Assembly (NCBI GenBank): GCA_902580895.1
Contig: CACHMJ010000003.1
Location: 15,362-79,361, forward strand
Length of the DNA: 64,000 nucleotides
Reading direction: 5' to 3'
From: an uncultured Pelagibacteraceae bacterium
Lineage (GTDB): Bacteria; Pseudomonadota; Alphaproteobacteria; Pelagibacterales; Pelagibacteraceae
This document shows positions 61,359 through 64,000 of the stretch, piece by piece. Position numbers and translations under genes: made by a program. Within the stretch, counting starts at the first letter, position 1. Every line of letters starts with the position of its first letter. The notes beneath the pieces were generated by a model. It saw only the letters and a program-made list of their open reading frames with translations. It was not told the origin of the DNA and did no database searches.

Positions 61359-61916
61359 TTATGCCTCTATCATTCTATTTTCGATTTGCTGTAATTTATT
61401 TTTAATTGAGGAATCAACCATAGTACTTCCAACTTGGACTACCAGGCCTCCTATTAAACTTTCATCGTGTTTATAGTTTAATTTTATTTTAGAGCTAAAA
61501 TTCATTGATAACTCATTTGTAATCTTTTTAATTTCATCACTTGATAATTTTTTTGCTGATTTCAATTCAGCCATAAGTTCACCTCTTTTTTTGGAACAAA
61601 TTTCAATAAAACTTTTTAGAATTCGCTCTATAAAAAAGAAACGTCTCTTTTGAATTAAGAAATTTAAAAAATTTTTAAATAAATTTTCAAATTTATTAAT
61701 ATCAGCTATTTTGTTTATCACTTTTGAGAGATCCTCTTGGCTAGTAGTAGGATCTTTAATCAAATTAAAAAAATCTTTACTTTGATTAATTAGATTTAAT
61801 ACAGATAAAGATTGTTCTTCTATCTGGCTCAATAAATTATTTTCTTCTGAAAGCTCAAAAAGTGCGAGAGAATACCTTTCAGCTGATGAAATTGAAAATC
61901 CTGTATCTTTGCTCAA
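61359..61916 (-). CDS. atpH: ATP synthase delta subunit
   Basis: RYS.ALF and LIGGLVV.VG...D.S; TTG start. Confidence 0.93.
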   Translation of the reverse strand: MSKDTGFSISSAERYSLALFELSEENNLLSQIEEQSLSVLNLINQSKDFFNLIKDPTTSQEDLSKVINKIADINKFENLFKNFLNFLIQKRRFFFIERILKSFIEICSKKRGELMAELKSAKKLSSDEIKKITNELSMNFSSKIKLNYKHDESLIGGLVVQVGSTMVDSSIKNKLQQIENRMIEA

Positions 61917-62024
61917 CTTGTTTCCTATATAATGTTGAAGATTATTAAAAATTCAGGCTTTAATTAACATATGACCCTTGTGTCTTCAAGTGACTGATAT
62001 GTCAAAAATACCTCTTTTTATTGG

Positions 62025-63980
62025 TTAATTGAAGTTTATTGGATCAACATCAACTGAAAGTTTTATTCCCTTAAAAAATTTATATTTTGGAATAATTTTA
62101 GCTAAAGATCTCTGCATTTTCATCGATTTTGATCCTCTTATCAAAAGTCTTATCCTAAATTTTTTTTTTATTCTAAATATTGGTGCATTCACAGGGCCCA
62201 AAATTTTTCCGTTAATTTTGTTTTCAATAAAATTCTTAAAGTTAAAAGCTTCTTTTTCTAATTTTTTTTCATTTTCTCCTGTGAGGATTAATGAAATAAA
62301 TCTTTGATAAGGGGGAAGTTTATTTTTTTTTCTTATTTCTAACTCTCTTTCTAAAAAAATATCTGGATTTTCATTTGTTATTTCGGAGATCATTTTAGAG
62401 TTATTTTCGTAGGTTTGAAAATAAACTGTTGCTGGTTTTCCAGTTCTTCCAGCTCTTCCTGAAAGCTGATGATAAAGTTGTAAATTCTTTTCAGCCCCTC
62501 TTAGATCGTGACCATGAGATGAAAGATCAATATCTACAACAACAATACAATTCAAGTGAGGAAAATGAAAACCTTTTGATATTAATTGAGTTCCTACCAA
62601 AATTTGAATTTCATTATTAATTATTTTTCTAATTTTTTCTTTTGAGTCCTTTTTATTCATTGTATCACTTGAGAAAATATCAATTTTTTTACCAGGAAAC
62701 TTTCTTTTAACCTCTTCAGAAATTCTTTCAACACCTGGTCCGCTAAAGATAAATTCACAATTATCACCTTTCTTACAATTTCTTTTTAACTCTGATTTGA
62801 AACCACAATAATGACATATCAAATTATTTTTATTCTTATGATAAACTAAATTTATTGTACAATTCGGACATGTGAAGCTTGAAAAACATTTGTTACATAA
62901 TGCGTTAGGTGAAAAACCTCTTCTATTCAAAAAAAACAAAACTTGATCTTTTTTTTCAAGGTGTAAATTAACTTTTTCAATTATCTTCGCTGATAACCAT
63001 GATTGCTTCTCAAGTTTTGTATTGTTTAAATTAATAATTTCATAATTAGGTAGTGCAGCATTTCTATACCTTTCACTTAGTCTAGAGACTTCATATTTTC
63101 CCTTTTTAATATTTTCAAAAGTTTCTATGGAAGGAACTGCTGTGATCAAGTTGACAGGAATGTTTTCAAATGATGCTCTTGAAATTGCCATATCTCGTGC
63201 ATTATATGTAACACCTTCATCTTGTTTGAAAGATTGATCATGTTCCTCATCAACAATTATTATTCCTAATTTTTTAAACGGTAAAAATAAAGAAGATCTT
63301 GCACCAATGACAACTTTAATTTCACCACAGGAAATGCCACTCCAAATTATTTCTTTTTTCTTTTTTGAGATACCAGAGTGCCAAATCGCTGGATTAAATC
63401 CGAAATATTCTGAAAATTTTTGCTCAAACTGACTGGTCAAACCTATTTCTGGTAAAAGAATTAATGATTGAAAACCCTTCTCTATTAAAGATTTTAACGC
63501 CTCAAAATAAACTAAAGTCTTACCTGATCCTGTTGTTCCTTGTAAAACATGAACTCTAAATTTTTGATTTGAATAACTCATTTTTTCTAATGATTTGATT
63601 TGATTGATAGATAGTTTAAAGGAATTTTTTTTTATTTTATTATTATACGGTTCATAAATTTTTTTTTCCATTTTCTCTATTGCATTACTGCTCAATAAAA
63701 CTAGTTTTAACGCCATTCCTTTTGGTATTAAATTATACTCAGCAAACCAATTTAAAAAATTTATTGTGTCTTCCTTTAGTGGAGCTACGTCTAATTTTTT
63801 TTGAATACTTTTTATTTTAAATTTTTTATTGTCGTTTTTTTCAAATTCATCCCATACTACACCCGTTATTTTAGATTTTCCAAAAGGGACTAGAACAAAT
63901 TCACCTAGCTTAAGATTAATTTCACTTTCATAAGTAAAAGGATGATTAAAAATATTAGGTAGTAGAATCGGGTATTTCAT
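62025..63980 (-). CDS. priA: Primosomal protein N' (replication restart helicase)
   Basis: GTTGSGKT, DEEHD, NRRG, Cys-rich Zn region and Q..GRAGR. Confidence 0.95.
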   Translation of the reverse strand: MKYPILLPNIFNHPFTYESEINLKLGEFVLVPFGKSKITGVVWDEFEKNDNKKFKIKSIQKKLDVAPLKEDTINFLNWFAEYNLIPKGMALKLVLLSSNAIEKMEKKIYEPYNNKIKKNSFKLSINQIKSLEKMSYSNQKFRVHVLQGTTGSGKTLVYFEALKSLIEKGFQSLILLPEIGLTSQFEQKFSEYFGFNPAIWHSGISKKKKEIIWSGISCGEIKVVIGARSSLFLPFKKLGIIIVDEEHDQSFKQDEGVTYNARDMAISRASFENIPVNLITAVPSIETFENIKKGKYEVSRLSERYRNAALPNYEIINLNNTKLEKQSWLSAKIIEKVNLHLEKKDQVLFFLNRRGFSPNALCNKCFSSFTCPNCTINLVYHKNKNNLICHYCGFKSELKRNCKKGDNCEFIFSGPGVERISEEVKRKFPGKKIDIFSSDTMNKKDSKEKIRKIINNEIQILVGTQLISKGFHFPHLNCIVVVDIDLSSHGHDLRGAEKNLQLYHQLSGRAGRTGKPATVYFQTYENNSKMISEITNENPDIFLERELEIRKKNKLPPYQRFISLILTGENEKKLEKEAFNFKNFIENKINGKILGPVNAPIFRIKKKFRIRLLIRGSKSMKMQRSLAKIIPKYKFFKGIKLSVDVDPINFN

Positions 63981-64000
63981 ATTTTTATAATATGAAAAAA

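Noticed and set aside
61961-62005. TGAC-N6-GTCA palindrome and promoter-like hexamers upstream of atpH
   Set aside because: The 4-bp arms are too short to distinguish from chance, and the TTGACA has no properly spaced -10.

Overview
A very AT-rich, gene-dense bacterial chromosome segment with tiny intergenic gaps and many overlapping start/stop codons. Gene content and order point to a streamlined marine alphaproteobacterium, most likely SAR11/Pelagibacterales (inference): chvI-chvG-ahcY-tsaE-amgK-murU, regA, class I lysS, rplU-rpmA-obg-proBA-nadD-rsfS-ctpA-rppH, and priA-atpHAGDC. About 56 CDSs are supported, including one partial gene at the left edge that the ORF track missed. I found no tRNA, rRNA, CRISPR array, IS element or prophage. 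Non-coding elements read directly from the sequence are a SAM-II riboswitch with a sigma70 promoter before metX, a sigma32 promoter plus ROSE-like thermometer before hsp20, two terminator hairpins, and an 18-bp ARG-box-like palindrome before a polyamine operon. The strongest leads are: (1) a three-enzyme fusion (SDR + cupin + NDP-sugar C-methyltransferase) divergent from a GT17/MGAT3-like glycosyltransferase; (2) an RND adaptor with no alpha-helical hairpin; (3) a SAM-II aptamer followed by a U-tract instead of a Shine-Dalgarno; (4) a decarboxylase / DHS-like / ureohydrolase polyamine operon with a candidate operator; (5) an extremely basic-tailed coiled-coil protein of unknown function; (6) a Pam18/Tim14-like membrane J-protein. 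All family calls come from motif recognition; no database searches were run.
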